The notes under the pieces were generated by a model. It was not told where the DNA came from, ran no database searches, and saw nothing but the letters and a program-made list of their open reading frames with translations. From Lytechinus pictus (lineage: Eukaryota): a stretch of 64,000 nucleotides of DNA. Where the stretch lies: NCBI RefSeq assembly GCF_037042905.1, contig NC_087250.1:7008001-7072000 (forward strand), given 5' to 3'. The first letter of the stretch is position 1, and each line of letters begins with the position of its first letter. This document shows, in pieces, positions 26,555 to 41,500 of the stretch. Both the position numbers and the translations under genes were made by a program.

Positions 26555-29500
26555 GTATGTTTTAATGACAAATTAAAGCAGCATAGTTGATGAATAGTTC
26601 ACGTCTGTTAGTGTTATTCCTGACCTTAGCCCCTTAGCCTTAGCCCCACATGCTTGATTTCGTGTCTTGACCAACAAGGTTGTGGAAATTACAGTTCGAC
26701 TAGTCTAGGAAACGCTTGTTCATTGCCACCATCCTGCCTTTTGGGAATCTCCGAATCTACATGTAGATCTATGGTCATGATCTAGAATTGCATCGGTCCA
26801 GGCGGTTGATAGGGCGTACAATCCAATAGAGCTCCCTATTTTCCTCACTTTTTCTCATATTTTCATTTTCTTTTCGCAATTAGGCCTATATGATTTTATT
26901 TGCTCATAGTTTATTTTGCTTTCATTTGGATCCATGAACTTACTCTTTTTGTTGGATATTCACATCACCATTTTCATTCACAAAATACGCGGGAAGCTCA
27001 GTCAGATTCTACACTGTCCCACCTGTGGATATCCATGTCAGCTCTGTTCACATCTAGGCCTACTGCCCCTGCATGGTAACGCCGGTCGCCCAAGCCAAGG
27101 CTAGCAAAGGCCAAAGCATCGGTCAGCATTGACACATACACTGGGCCTTTTTACAAGCTCATTTGCAGTTGGACTTGGAGGCATCATCATACTATGGTCT
27201 TCTCTCTATCCTGAGCTGATGGTATTGTATAGAATTTGCGTAATAATTGTGTTGTTACATCAGTCATCAGTCCTGTACTGTACAGTGCATGCAATTGTGT
27301 CAGTGAGTCAGCTATAATTTCTACTGTTACTACCTGTCTGTCAGTGTCAATGTTTTGACTCTGTTAAATTGTATGTAACTATAAAGTAAGACAGAATTAC
27401 TACTGTGCTGTTAATGTTAGCTGTACCCTACCTGTGATCCTGTGTCTGTATTTGGAGCCCCTTGATCGATGTAGTGACTCTGTTTGTGAAGTAAAAAGCA
27501 TCAATGACCTTTTGTACCCCTGCATGCTACATGTTCTTCCCTGCTTCGTCACCCTGTGCACTGTGATGTATATCTACATGTAATGTTAATGTTATTATTG
27601 TGACACTGTGTGCTACCGGATCAGAGTATTAAATTTTATAAACTGTGCTACATGTATATAGACATCTTCCTATATTATTTATTCTGTGGAGCCCTTCAAT
27701 CCCTTGTTGCCTGCTACATGTCTTTCCGTACATGTCGTCTCCCTGTGAATGTGATGTACATGTGAAGTCCAGTAGTACCTGTTGTGTGATACTGAAACTA
27801 ATAACTGATGAACTGCTAGATCAATGTCATTCAGTATCTCTGTCTTTCGCCCGTCTATGCCAGAATTTTTTTGTGCAGCAGAAGCAAATTTCAGACTGAC
27901 ATAGACTGTGTATTAACTTTTCTTCACTTCAGTACTATAGCTGCTTTTTTGTGTGCAACAGGACATCAGTAACCTGGGAGTTACTACTCACACTACCTCT
28001 CATTTCATTCCTTACAAGCACTAGCCAGTTATTACCTGTCATTCATTTGCCTGAGCTACTTGTAGGTGTGCATCTGTGTATCAATAAACCAGGAAATCTC
28101 GGACCTTTATTTACGTAAGCTATATCCACATACGTACATGTAAAGCAGATGCTTTGAGGTCACCATTGTCAGAGGCTCCGAGATAAACATTCTGTGTGCT
28201 ACTGTATACATCTCGAGTATACTTTTATAAATAATCATGGCTTCACTAACAAGTACTATTTCTGCCTGCTCATCCCCATGTCTGGATTCAACTGTGGGTG
28301 TGAGTGAAGATGTTGCGACTACTCGAAATTACTCTCTCAATGAGACAAAAGCCATCAGGAAAAAGATGGATTCATGTCATAAGGAAACAATATTCCAACT
28401 TAAAGACAATGGAAAACAGTTAGTTGTCACATGTAGCACAGCAATGTATGAAGCTCTTAAACTTTGTATGTTCACTTATTTTAAGGATCTAGAAGGCAGA
28501 AATACACAAATAGCAGTTGAGATAAAAGATATCAAAGACAAGAAAGGCTTTCAAGTGGAGCACACTATTCGCATCACTAATCGGCTTGCTAGAACAGGAA
28601 ACCCTGGTCTGCGCACCAAGTATGTGATCAACCTTTATAATACTTCAAGTCGTATCCTTGCTAATGGAGGTTGCCTTAGTCTATTTCTCAAAGACCATCT
28701 CCCTCATATCCTGAAGGAGATTGCTGATAAGGGCAACCGCTCTATTTCTGAGGAGAACGCACATCTTCATGAACTTCTTCAAAAGGCAGTTGCTTCCTCA
28801 GGACATAGTGAGTCAAAGATTCCACTGAGGGCAATATCGGCTTCTTCGTCAAAAAGTAGGGTGTCCTCCAATAGTGCTGGGATAGATGTTACAAAGACAA
28901 AGGAAAGGAACCCAGATGAGACAAGAGCGTCCACTTTAGATGTTGAAGAGGAATGTCCTTGCTTGGAAGATGACCGTAAGCTTCTCTGTCCGGCCTGCCT
29001 GACACATTCCTGCCTAGATACTATTGAGTGTGAACTCTGTAACTCCTGGTATCATTTCCAATGTTCACATCTCTCTGAAACTGAGTTAGCCAAGCATTCT
29101 GCCAACAAATCATTATCCTATGTCTGTTCAGCTTGCTCTAATCTGGACCAAAATCCTACTCTTGGAAAGGTATCCCGGAGCTCCTCACCTCCTCCTGTTG
29201 TACATGTATGTGACTCTCCAAGTGGGAACTCTGACAATGTCAGCTCTGTTATTAATATAAGTGATTCGGTCTCTAATTCCAAGGAGTCCACTTTTCAAGA
29301 TAGCAGTGCCACTGTGTGTCAGTCACCCAAAGACCCAAAGGTAACAATTATGCAGGTTTTAAGGACTTTGGAAGAAGCTTCTACTCCTGGAACATGTAAG
29401 TCCTGTATTGTTGGACCTTCCTCAACCTTGGGTAGCCTGTCTGAGCATAAGTCCACACAAACAACCTCAAACATAATGGAAAGATCCCCTAGACTACATG

Positions 29501-32500
29501 TAGCTGATGCGTTTACGCAGGTACATGTATCTTCAAATTTAAAGGATAGGTGTGTACTGGTGGATGCATCCACTCAGTCTTCTTCTCCTCCCCCTGCCTG
29601 TAGAGTGTGCCCTAAACTGGAAGGTATTGCCAACAACCGGCAACAAGAAATTAAGGTGATTCGAACTGTCAATGAGAACTTGCAGAAAGATAATGAAGCT
29701 TTGTTGAGCTCTGTTAAGTTTTTAAAGAAGGAGCTAGCTCAGGCAGAGGATAATCTAACCACAGTTAGGCGTCAGCTGAGTCAGCTCAGTGAAGGTAATC
29801 GGGCTCTTATCCATAGTAATCAGCAACTGAGACTTACCTCAGAATCTCTTCAATGTCGTTGTGACCATCTGACTGCTTTGTGCCTTAACAATGGCCTTGA
29901 GGTACTTGGTGAAGAACAGACTACAGCAGATCCGTATGTAAAGAAGACTTACGACAAATACTCAGTTCCCACTACCACAAGTAATAGGTTTGGAGCCCTC
30001 TGGGATGAAGCTTCTGATCTCTCTGGTGATGACTGTAATGCGGAGCCGACTCAGACGAGGAGCCAAAGAACTGGTGCAAAACGAAGGCGTAGAAAATCCC
30101 ATGAAGGGGGTTACCCCTCTCCGCCACAACCAACAAGGAAGTGTACTACACCAAAGAACCAAAGAACTCGGTTGAATACTCCAAGACCCACAGGTTCAGG
30201 AGCCCATTTAAGAGTTACACCTCCATCTAGACCTGGTCATCACAACCCCCAGAACAACAGAAACAGGACCTCGCATTCGTTAAGACCAGAAATATCAAGA
30301 TCACAACCCTCATTCGCATCACAGCAGCCCTCACCTCCAACCCAGACCAACAGGAACAGGACGTCACATACAGTACAGGAAAAAAGACCAGAGGTGCCAA
30401 GACCGCAACCCTCATTGGCACCAGAGCAGCCCTCACCTTCGACTATTTCACAGGAACACTACCCCCTCTACTCAACCGTGTTGAACAGGAACAAGGTATA
30501 CTCTAATCACTCCATACCCACACAAAGGAGAGATAGCAGTGTAATTGGCAACAAGTTTTGTGCAGATGATAACTCAATGTCTCCTCCATCGAACCAGGTT
30601 TTTCGGCACGGTCGGAACACTCAAATAGCTGCACCGATAATTCTCCGAGCAGCGTCAGCTGCCCTAAATCTTGTCCTGTCAGACCCAACTATTCCACAAG
30701 TCAACAGCCTCCTTATACAGAGTCACCTACAGGTCATTCTACATCATGCCCTTCTTCTGAATCAAGAATCTCGCCCCACCAGTCTCACAACACCCCCCCA
30801 GCAGCCATCAACACAATCCCCTCCACGTATAAGAATTTTGTCGTTCAACATGAGAGGTTTTGAACCAAATAAGTTCTACCTTTTTAAACTATTAGAATCA
30901 GTTGATATTGTAGCAGTACAGGAGCATTGGCTGCAGAGCTTCTCAGAACACAAACTTACTGAGCTTAAAGACACCCATATTGTTTATGCCAAATCTTTTG
31001 ATAACGGATTGTCCAGCCCATCACTCACTCGTCGTGGAAAAGGTGGTGTAGCCCTTTTCCTTCATCGCCGTTTTCAAGCAGCCTGTGCCATTGTAGATAC
31101 CACATCCAACAGATTGCTGTGTGCACATATTTGTGATAAGGACTGTTCTGGGAGTTTACTATTTGTGAATGTATATATGCCCTCTGGAAGTAGTGCAGCT
31201 GACCATGCTGAATATGCTGATATCCTGACAGAAATTTCGTCCCTAATTGGTCAGTACCCTAGTGCTAAAGTAATACTTATGGGAGACTTTAATGCTGATA
31301 TCACAGGACTGCCTTCTTCTTGGAACAGGAAAGCCCAACTATTGCAGCATTATCTCACAGAGAATAGTTTGGTTAGTATGATGACGATCTATCAAAATTC
31401 CAGTGATTACACCTACATGAGTGATGACGGATCAAAGAAATCCTACATTGACCACATCATTACTCACTCTGCTAATGTAGGCTCATTCTTCGAGTACATG
31501 GTGGTTCCTGAAGACCCTCTCAATACCTCAGATCACCTGCCAATACAAGCTTCATTCATGTCCCACTTGCACCCATGTAAGGAGGCGAGACAGGAGATTA
31601 ACATGACAAACCACAAGTATAACCATATTCGTATTAAGTGGAACCAGGCCTCTTCGCAAGAGATTCAGGAGGTATACTCAACAGCTATTGACGACATCTG
31701 TGACCAGCTTTTGTCCAGCCTACCTGATGAAGCCTCCTTGACAGGAAAACATGCTGAGTACATGCTTAATACATTATCTCAAGCGATGTTGAATGTGAGC
31801 ATGAGAAATCTGCCATATGCCTCTGGTAAGAAGCGTAAGCGTCAGAAACCTGAATGGAGCACATCAGTTGACTCAACATACAAGGCCATGAAACTCTCTT
31901 GGAAGAAGTGGAAGCTAGGTGGCAAAAATAGATCACAAGCAAACCCTTTGTGGATAAGATATAGATCGGACAAGGCAGCTTTTCGTAAGCAGCTCAGGAA
32001 ACAAAGGCATAACCTAGAGAGCAGCCGGCTTCTACAAATTGAGAGAGCCAAGAAAGGGGACGACAGGCTGTTTTATAAGTTAATCAAGGAAAGAAGATCT
32101 CGTGCAGATGCCTCTCCTGTGGACACACTCATAGTCAATGGTAAGAGCTACACAGGAAAGGCTACCATTCAAGGTTTTGAAGAGTACTTCAAGATGCTAT
32201 CCATGCCCAACCCTGGTAATAATTATCAATCAACCATTACTGATACAGTGGAGAAACTGGCTAATGTAATCAGTACATGTACTCCGAACCAAAGACCTTT
32301 CACAAGAACGGACTTAGATAAAGCCATAGGACAGCTTAAGAAGAACAAGGCTGCTGGAGCTGACCAGATATCGGCTGAGCATGTGCTCTTTGGTGGTGAA
32401 AAGGCAAGAAATCTTCTCTTAGTCATTATGAACACCTTTGTTGCTCACAGCTTCATTCCAGATGCCTTTAAATATGGAATAATTCTACCACTACACAAGG

Positions 32501-35500
32501 GGAATGGTAAACCTCTCACTGATCCCTCTTGTTACAGAGGAATAACCCTGTCATCTACTTTCTGCAAAGTATTGGAGTTGCTTATAAAACCCAAACTTCT
32601 AGAACAGCTTCATCAAAGAGGGATCCCTGATGAGCTACAGAGTGGTTTCCAAGAAGAGCACTCCTGTTCCTTAACAGCAGCCTCTCTCAACCTCATCATC
32701 GAAGCTAATACTAAAAATGGTAGAACAACGTATGCATCATTCCTCGACGCTGCCAAGGCATTTGACACAGTGTGGCACGATGGTCTTCTTTACAAGCTCT
32801 ATCATGATGGGGTGACAGGTTATCTGTGGAACATCCTTTTTCAGCTGTATCAAGGTCTTCTTGGAGCTGTTGCATGGAAGGACAGACAGAGCAACTGGTT
32901 TCCTATCCGACAAGGTGTACGTCAAGGAGGAATCCTCTCTCCCCTTCTTTATTTGATCTACATCGATGGACTCATACAGAAGCTGAGGAAGAGTGGCATA
33001 GGCTGTAAAGTACTTTCCAGATACACAGGAACTCTTGTGCTTGCCGATGACGTAGTACTCCTCGCCAACCTCCCTGAAGATCTACAGCGTATGCTTGATA
33101 TTGTCTTGGAGTACACCAAACAGTGGCACTACACCATCAATCCCTCCAAAAGTGCTGTAGTGATTTTCAACCTAGGACGTAACTCTGCAGATTTCCAATG
33201 GCACTTTGGTTCAGACATCATTCCTGTTCAGGCCTGCCATCCTCACCTTGGTGTCTTGCGCTCCTCTAATAAACTGAATCGCACCCATGAGATCTTTCAA
33301 AAGGGTAATAAGGCCCTGTACAGCTTGACAGGTACTGGTGCTTACCGGAGTGGTTTGTCCCCTGTCATTGTTTCCTCACTGTGGAAAACATTCTGTACGC
33401 CCAGAATGTTGTACGGAACTGAGGCTCTTAACCTACCGGATAGAGATAAGAGGGCCTTGGATGTGATGCAGAGCCACCTTTTCAAAAAGCTACTTGGTCT
33501 TCCAAGGACAACTGCACAGGAGGCTGTTCCTTTGCTTACAGGGATTCCCCTTCTATCTGACTCAATTAATCTCCTACATCTGCGTCTTTTGGGAAAGATT
33601 ATCTCTCTACCTCAGGATAGAATTGAGCACAGGATCTTTTCGAGTGTTGTCTGCCAGGAGCCTACTATACCTACCATCAAAGTCCTCAAGGTTCTTCTAG
33701 AGAAGTACAATCTTCCATCTCTACCGGATCTCCTGCAGCAAGGTTGCTCGTATCTGACATGGAAGAAGAGAGTAACAAATGCAGTGGAAAGTAAAGTCCT
33801 TGCATCCCTCTCCGAAGAAACCTCCCTTAAGTCGTCCCTTCTTCTGTTCCATGATATTGACTTGGTGCTTCCCTATCATGTATTCCCGTCCGTCATTCAC
33901 CCTGCACATCTCCGGATAGCCATCAATATGAAAGCTCAGCTTCTTACCAGCACCTATCTCACCCAAAGTCGACTGTGCAAGATCTCCAGACTAGTTTCCG
34001 ACCCAAGTTGTCCTGCTTGCCATGCACCTGTGGAAACTGTCTTTCACTTTGTTAGTGAATGCATAGCCTATACCCATCTTAGAAATAATCTTCTGAATCA
34101 TTTTCAAGAGGATGCCATTAAAGTGCTCTCAAGCTTTTCAAATACAGACTCCTATCTTCATGTTGCAAGAACCAGACTTATCCTCCTTGGTGTCATTGGC
34201 AATGTCTCGTATCAGTTTCCTGACTTTCATCCTGTTACTCTTCAATTTGTGTTTGATATACATTTCTCAAGACAGCGCCTTGTTGATCAAGCGGCTGCAA
34301 ACAGTGACTAATAGCTCATTATTTTTACCATGCTGTACTGCAACTAAAGGCTTGCAGTTCTCCGGTGAACGGAGGAATTCAACACAGAAGAAGAAGAAGA
34401 AGATAGATCTATGCCAAGTGCGGCAGACAGCACCAGCATGACCAGGGTCCAGGCACGGCCAGATTTCACAAAATGAGATATGGATTAGGCCTATGGGACA
34501 ATCGACAGAGCCTCAGACTGAGGCACTCCTAGTACCAATGAGGTCCAACATTACATGTATGGACCTCATAGGCGACATCAGTAGTATTTTTGGTTAGAAA
34601 TCTCTGAGAACAGGATATTTATATATTATATCACAAGTGCAAGCTATATTCCTTTCTCTTATTTAAATTATAATTTTATAGTGTAAATGCATCGTTAGCA
34701 ACAACAAAAAATGAAAGAAATGAAGGGGAACTTACATTTTCACGGCTTTTTCCTGATTTTCTGGGCAGCTGCTCTTCTCTTCTGACTCGCGATCGAAGCT
34801 GATATGAAGATCACGTGATTCGCGTTCTCGTCAGCTGATCGGTTGGTTATTCTTTTCGTCAGACGTTAATAATATATATTTTATAATGCTAGCATTCATC
34901 GCTAATTTAGGTGAAAGAGATTGAAGTTAAACAGCGCCAGGTCGGAATCATAATTATTTTGGAAGAGTGTATTTATACACTCGATCTCATACCTGACGTA
35001 GACGGCGCTATTCAACAAATGCACAATCTTCAATATAAAAAATAAAACAGAAAGAACGCCTTGAACACAGGCCAAAATGCCTAACGATTTCTCCGCGGCA
35101 TTAACAACTATCGTAAAGGGCGCTCCATTTATCAATAAAGATGGATGCTAAGCTGTCTATGGCGACAAAATTTGCCGCAAATATTTACGAAGAATTGTGA
35201 GAAATGGTCTGAAAATGCAACAAAAGAACCGGTGAGTACCGATTAAACATTATCAATTTATTTAATAGAACATATTAAATGACTACAATGTAACAATTTC
35301 TAGATAATATTGCTTAGTTCTAAGCTAGGGCGGCCCAAATGCGCGTGAGTGGAGTCCCAGTTTATTAGCACGGGTAAGTATTGGGGTGTCGCCTAGAGTG
35401 GACTGAGGCTTAGATTTTTTAGAGATAATTTTAGTATACAAATAATGCATGCAGCCGAGTGCGTTAGTGGAAATGCAGAGCACGCGAGGTTTCTTTACTT

Positions 35501-38500
35501 AGATAGGTGCCGCACTGTGCACGAGCCGCTGGCACTCCTAGTACCAATGAGGTCCAACATTACATGTATGGACCTCATAGGCGACATCAGTAGTATTTTT
35601 GGTTAGAAATCTCTGAGAACAGGATATTTATATATTATATCACAAGTACAAGCTATATTCCTTTCTCTTATTTAAATTATAATTTTATAGTGTAAATGCA
35701 TCATTAGCAACAACAAAAAATGAAAGAAATGAAGGGGAACTTACATTTTCACGGCTTTTTCCTGATTTTCTGGGCAGCTGCTCTTCTCTTCTGACTCGCG
35801 ATCGAAGCTGATATGAAGATCACGTGATTCGCGTTCTCGTCAGCTGATCGGTTGGTTATTCTTTTCGTCAGACGTTAATAATATATATTTTATAATGCTA
35901 GCATTCATCGCTAATTTAGGTGAAAGAGATTGAAGTTAAACAGCGCCAGGTCGGAATCATAATTATTTTGGAAGAGTGTATTTATACACTCGATCTCATA
36001 CCTGACGTAGACGGCGCTATTCAACAAATGCACAATCTTCAATGTAAAAAATAAAACAGAAAGAACGCCTTGAACACAGGCCAAAATGCCTAACGATTTC
36101 TCCGCGGCATTAACAACTATCGTAAAGGGCGCTCCATTTATCAATAAAGATGGATGCTAAGCTGTCTATGGCGACAAAATTTGCCGCAAATATTTACGAA
36201 GAATTGTGAGAAATGGTCTGAAAATGCAACAAAAGAACCGGTGAGTACCGATTAAACATTATCAATTTATTTAATAGAACATATTTAATGACTACAATGT
36301 AACAATTTCTAGATAATATTGCTTAGTTCTAAGCTAGGGCGGCCCAAATGCGCGTGAGTGGAGTCCCAGTTTATTAGCACGGGTAAGTATTGGGGTGTCG
36401 CCTAGAGTGGACTGAGGCTTAGATTTTTTAGAGATAATTTTAGTATACAAATAATGCATGCAGCCGAGTGCGTTAGTGGAAATGCAGAGCACGCGAGGTT
36501 TCTTTACTTAGATAGGTGCCGCACTGTGCACGAGCCGCTGGCACTCCTAGTACCAATGAGGTCCAACATTACATGTATGGACCTCATAGGCGACATCAGT
36601 AGTATTTTTGGTTAGAAATCTCTGAGAACAGGATATTTATATATTATATCACAAGTACAAGCTATATTCCTTTCTCTTATTTAAATTATAATTTTATAGT
36701 GTAAATGCATCATTAGCAACAACAAAAAATGAAAGAAATGAAGGGGAACTTACATTTTCACGGCTTTTTCCTGATTTTCTGGGCAGCTGCTCTTCTCTTC
36801 TGACTCGCGATCGAAGCTGATATGAAGATCACGTGATTCGCGTTCTCGTCAGCTGATCGGTTGGTTATTCTTTTCGTCAGACGTTAATAATATATATTTT
36901 ATAATGCTAGCATTCATCGCTAATTTAGGTGAAAGAGATTGAAGTTAAACAGCGCCAGGTCGGAATCATAATTATTTTGGAAGAGTGTATTTATACACTC
37001 GATCTCATACCTGACGTAGACGGCGCTATTCAACAAATGCACAATCTTCAATATAAAAAATAAAACAGAAAGAACGCCTTGAACACAGGCCAAAATGCCT
37101 AACGATTTCTCCGCGGCATTAACAACTATCGTAAAGGGCGCTCCATTTATCAATAAAGATGGATGCTAAGCTGTCTATGGCGACAAAATTTGCCGCAAAT
37201 ATTTACGAAGAATTGTGAGAAATGGTCTGAAAATGCAACAAAAGAACCGGTGAGTACCGATTAAACATTTCAATTTATTTAATAGAACATATTAAATGAC
37301 TACAATGTAACAATTTCTAGATAATATTGCTTAGTTCTAAGCTAGGGCGGCCCAAATGCGCGTGAGTGGAGTCCCAGTTTATTAGCACGGGTAAGTATTG
37401 GGGTGTCGCCTAGAGTGGCCGCTGGCGGCGAGTGCCCAGTGTGCACCATCTGAACTGAAGAAACCGAGCTTTCTCTGCATTTACTTTTACGCACGACAGA
37501 GCAAGTGCATTATTTGTTTTATAAAATAGCAACACAGAAACAAATTCTAGAAAAAATACAGTACAGTTTTGTTGGACTTCTCCCGGGACTTCTACCGCAC
37601 TGGTTTGCTTGAGCGTGCAATGTCAATTTTCGTTGCGCACCTTTTGCACTGCCAGTGCCATGCAGTGCACCAAAAAAGTTGGATGTCGTGACGCGTATTG
37701 GCCAATCGCGATGCTTGAAATAATACACCTATTTTATAAAAGTTATTAAGTATGATTCACGAGTGGATCGACCAATCCAGGTCTGACTTAATAAAACAAT
37801 CAACAAATAAGGCTACACAGTGTTAGATTTGCACAAAAAATACAAAGTAGAGGAAGGGAGGGTGAAGGAGAGAAAGAAAAGAGATGAATTGAGAGGAAAG
37901 AAAGAAGAAAATGAAGGGGAAAATGAAGTAAAGAAAATTAAGGAAACAAGAAAAAATAGAAAGAAAGTTAGAATAAGAGAAGGATGATAGAATTAAAAAG
38001 AATAAAAGAAAGAGAAAAGGTTTCCTTCATTTAAAAGGAAGAAAGGGAATTAATGTGTGAAAGAAAATAAAGGAAAGAAAGGAAAAAGGAGGAAGAAAGA
38101 ATTAAAGAATGAAGGAAAGAAAATGTTTCCTTCATTCTTTGAAAGAAAGAAGAAAACAGGAAGGGAGGAAGGAAAGACGGGAAAGAAAGAAAGAATAAGG
38201 GGAAAGATTTGGAAGGAAAAAATGAAATCAAGAACGAAAGAAAGGATAAAATAAAATTGAGGGAAAAAAGAATTAAGGGATAAGAGAATGAAAAAAGAGA
38301 GAAAATAATGGAAGGGGAGAAAGATATAGAAAAAGGAGAGGAAGGCGGAGAAGGAAGCAAAGAAAAGTTTAAGGAAAGAAAGAATGAAGGAAATAAAAAC
38401 AAGGAAATTCAAAAAAGAAGGAAAGAAAGAAAAAAACAAACAGAGAGAGAAAGGATCAGAAAAAGAATGATTGGAAATACAGATACAAACTGTAGATGGA

Positions 38501-41500
38501 ACAAACAAATAAGGCAAGCAGGAAGGATAGAAGGATGAAGAAAGAAAGATAGAAAAGAAAGAAAAAAAAAGAATGAGGAAAAAGATCAAACTTACAAAGT
38601 TACAGCATACAAAAAAATTTAAATTATTTTAACAAAAATCTATCATGAGGTTGTTTTTTTTTAAATATATTTCAGAAATGAATAAAATTCAAAATTAAAC
38701 ATTGTCAAACTTCACAGCATCACACACAGGCATCTCTCATCCCATTACAAGTTTGCACCGATCACAACAAGACTCAAAACAAAAGCTGAAACAACTAGAT
38801 CTAGTTATGAAAACCGAACAACTTTCTTCTCCGATTACATCACCCAATCAGTAATCTGAGAATCCATATAATTATAAAAATTTCCTGCTGATTTTGTGAT
38901 TATTTTGATGGAAAACTGTTTATCATATGAGATTTTTTTCACCATTGAGAAAAAACTACTCCGATCCTACACGCCTAGCTATAGTCATGATTGTAGCCTG
39001 CCACTCACAGTCAGGAGGCCAGTTCGTTTGCATGTATTGGGAAGCAAGAAAATCACTGCAGAACTTGCAAAAGTTAACAGTTATTGATTTTATTGTTATC
39101 TCTGTTCGTCATCTGTTGGTTATTTGATGAAAATTCTTTACTTTTCCATGTATTACTTATACTTTGTTCAATATTCTGAAATACGGGACAGAATATGTCG
39201 CTCGCATTTATTGGCCAGGATATTGAAAATTCTAATCGGAAAGCCTTGATAAAACCCTAACTCAACGAACGTAGAGGGCAGCAACACACTGCTGCCAGTT
39301 TTTCCTCTCCGGCAGAAAATTTAAAAAAAAAAGGAATAAATCATCGTTAACGTATATTTTCGAAATTTTATTTGAAAAGGCGTTGTATCAAAAGAAAGAT
39401 TAGAGTCGAACAAAAATAGTGGGCCATCGTTCAAGATAATATAATGTCATTTAGGCCTTTAAAAAGGTTAATTCTAGACAAAACACTATCGGCCCGAATT
39501 GGGAGAACTGATTACACATGAGGGCTCGTACTACCGTCGGTGAATGGGGATGATAGTAAAATGTCAGAAATTGTTAACTTAAATAAATCCCCCAAAACGA
39601 CGGTTATTCCTGTCTAGGTTAGGCTATATTTTGGGTTACAAAAATAGTGATACTTTTTTGGGCTTAAGCCTACTTGCTCACTGCAACCATCCTGCCTGTG
39701 GGGAAACTACAGGTAGGACTATGGTATGCTAATGCTGTAGACAGCACACATTTTTTAAAAATCATTAAAATATCACTTTTATGATAAATAAATACTAATT
39801 TCCATACAGTTGCAATTTATTTGTCATTAGTAACTTGGAGTAATTTTTGTATTCACCAGAGCCCTCAAAAACTTGAATTTTGGAAATATTTTTGTCTACG
39901 TCCTCTATTGATGGAAAGTAGTAATTGCAAGAAAATTTTCATTTTTCAATCTCTATTTTTAATTAAGAAAAATAATTAAAAGAATGAAATTTACTTAAGA
40001 GCCAAGTTATATGATGAATAGCTGTAATGGAAACTGACAGTGTAAAAAAATCAAGCATTTTTCCCAAAGAAAAATAGGAAATAAACCAAACAGTGCCAAC
40101 TTTATTTCGCCACACATGGAGTAGTAATTGAGAGAACAAGGTTATATCATAACCTTGTACATTGAATGAGTGCCTAAGCCTAGCTGCCGGCCAGCGGCTA
40201 GCCTACACTACACTACCTCAAGTGATGTTCGTGTAGGCTCCAATCCACTTCACTACCGCTACACCTACCCGAACATCAAGGTGATGAACTCGCTCTGATA
40301 CTCTGAGTGACAAAGGTGGGATTTTATGGGGGGAGCTATAAAACTCATGCACCAACACGATGTTAAGAAGAATAAAAAACTTATCTTCCTACTTTTCATT
40401 CTAATTTCACTCCATATCCATCCTACGGTTAGTCTCAAAATGTGTGATTTAGAGCCAGTATCGGGTTCCTCACACGTATTAATTCACTGCCGATTCCACC
40501 ATGGCTGGGAATCGAAACCATGTCCCCCTCATCGAAAGACGAGGGTCTTAATCACCAGACCATGATGCCCCACAAATGATACTTTATTGATACTCAAATG
40601 GCACTCAAACGACAGCTCTTCTCTACTTCATTATCTAGATCGGAAGGATTCCCGCTGGTTTACATTTACATTCACATCTTTGTCCTGTTCACGTCTGGGA
40701 CGATGATGTCATTCGGGTCACAGAGGTCACTTTGGGCCATCGTCACGGCTGTTTCCATGGCAATCTTCACCACGATCACCCAGAGTCAGCAGCCAAAGAC
40801 CAAGATGTGGCTCGTGGTAAGATCTTTCACTCATTTAACTTTTTGCCTGTTGGAACTGGGTATATTCCTTGTACAAAGTCTATGGAAATAACTGAATTCG
40901 TTAGTCAACAGGTTAACTTAAAGGTAAAAGACAGTAGTTGCAAGCAAACAATTATTTTGTGAGAAAGTCGTTTTAATCAAGGTTAATTGTCAAAATATTA
41001 TCATACATCTAGATCTGGTACATTAATGTCAACTTATATTTGTAAAATCATGAATTCTTATCTCAAATTGATAACTCTGATGATCACTAACACAGAAAAG
41101 CATATGTGGGACAGTGTATTAATATTGCTTCGAAAAATACCTGACATTTGATGGAATTCCATGCTTATCTGGCACATATTTTTCAATTTTAAACATTTTG
41201 GTGGTAATTTCACTTGAATTTGTTCGAATTCATTTTGAGATCATTACTACAGCTGGTACTTATCTTTAACACATTTTCTACTGCAACAGGGTGAACTCTG
41301 TACAAATTCTATGGGAATTAGAGAATTCATTAGTCAAAAGGCTTAACACATTGGCCCGTATTCTGAACTTGGGTTTAAATTAAAATCGTGGTTTAAAGTT
41401 GTGGTTTAACTATGGATAGTCAATTGCAGCACAATTCTCTATTAATATGCATTCAATTCATTAGCTCACTCGACACTCAAATCATTCATAACTGCTGGGA

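Noticed and set aside
34902..37153. Three copies of a 77-aa ORF as a gene family
   Set aside because: By-product of the 1009-bp repeat; non-ATG start and no known motif.
38031..38589. F/S/L-rich and K/E/R-rich ORFs
   Set aside because: Translations of a GA-rich low-complexity tract.
39240..39560. Separate gene start inside TMEM101 intron 1
   Set aside because: Only a CTCF-like motif and mild CpG enrichment; no exon chain could be built.
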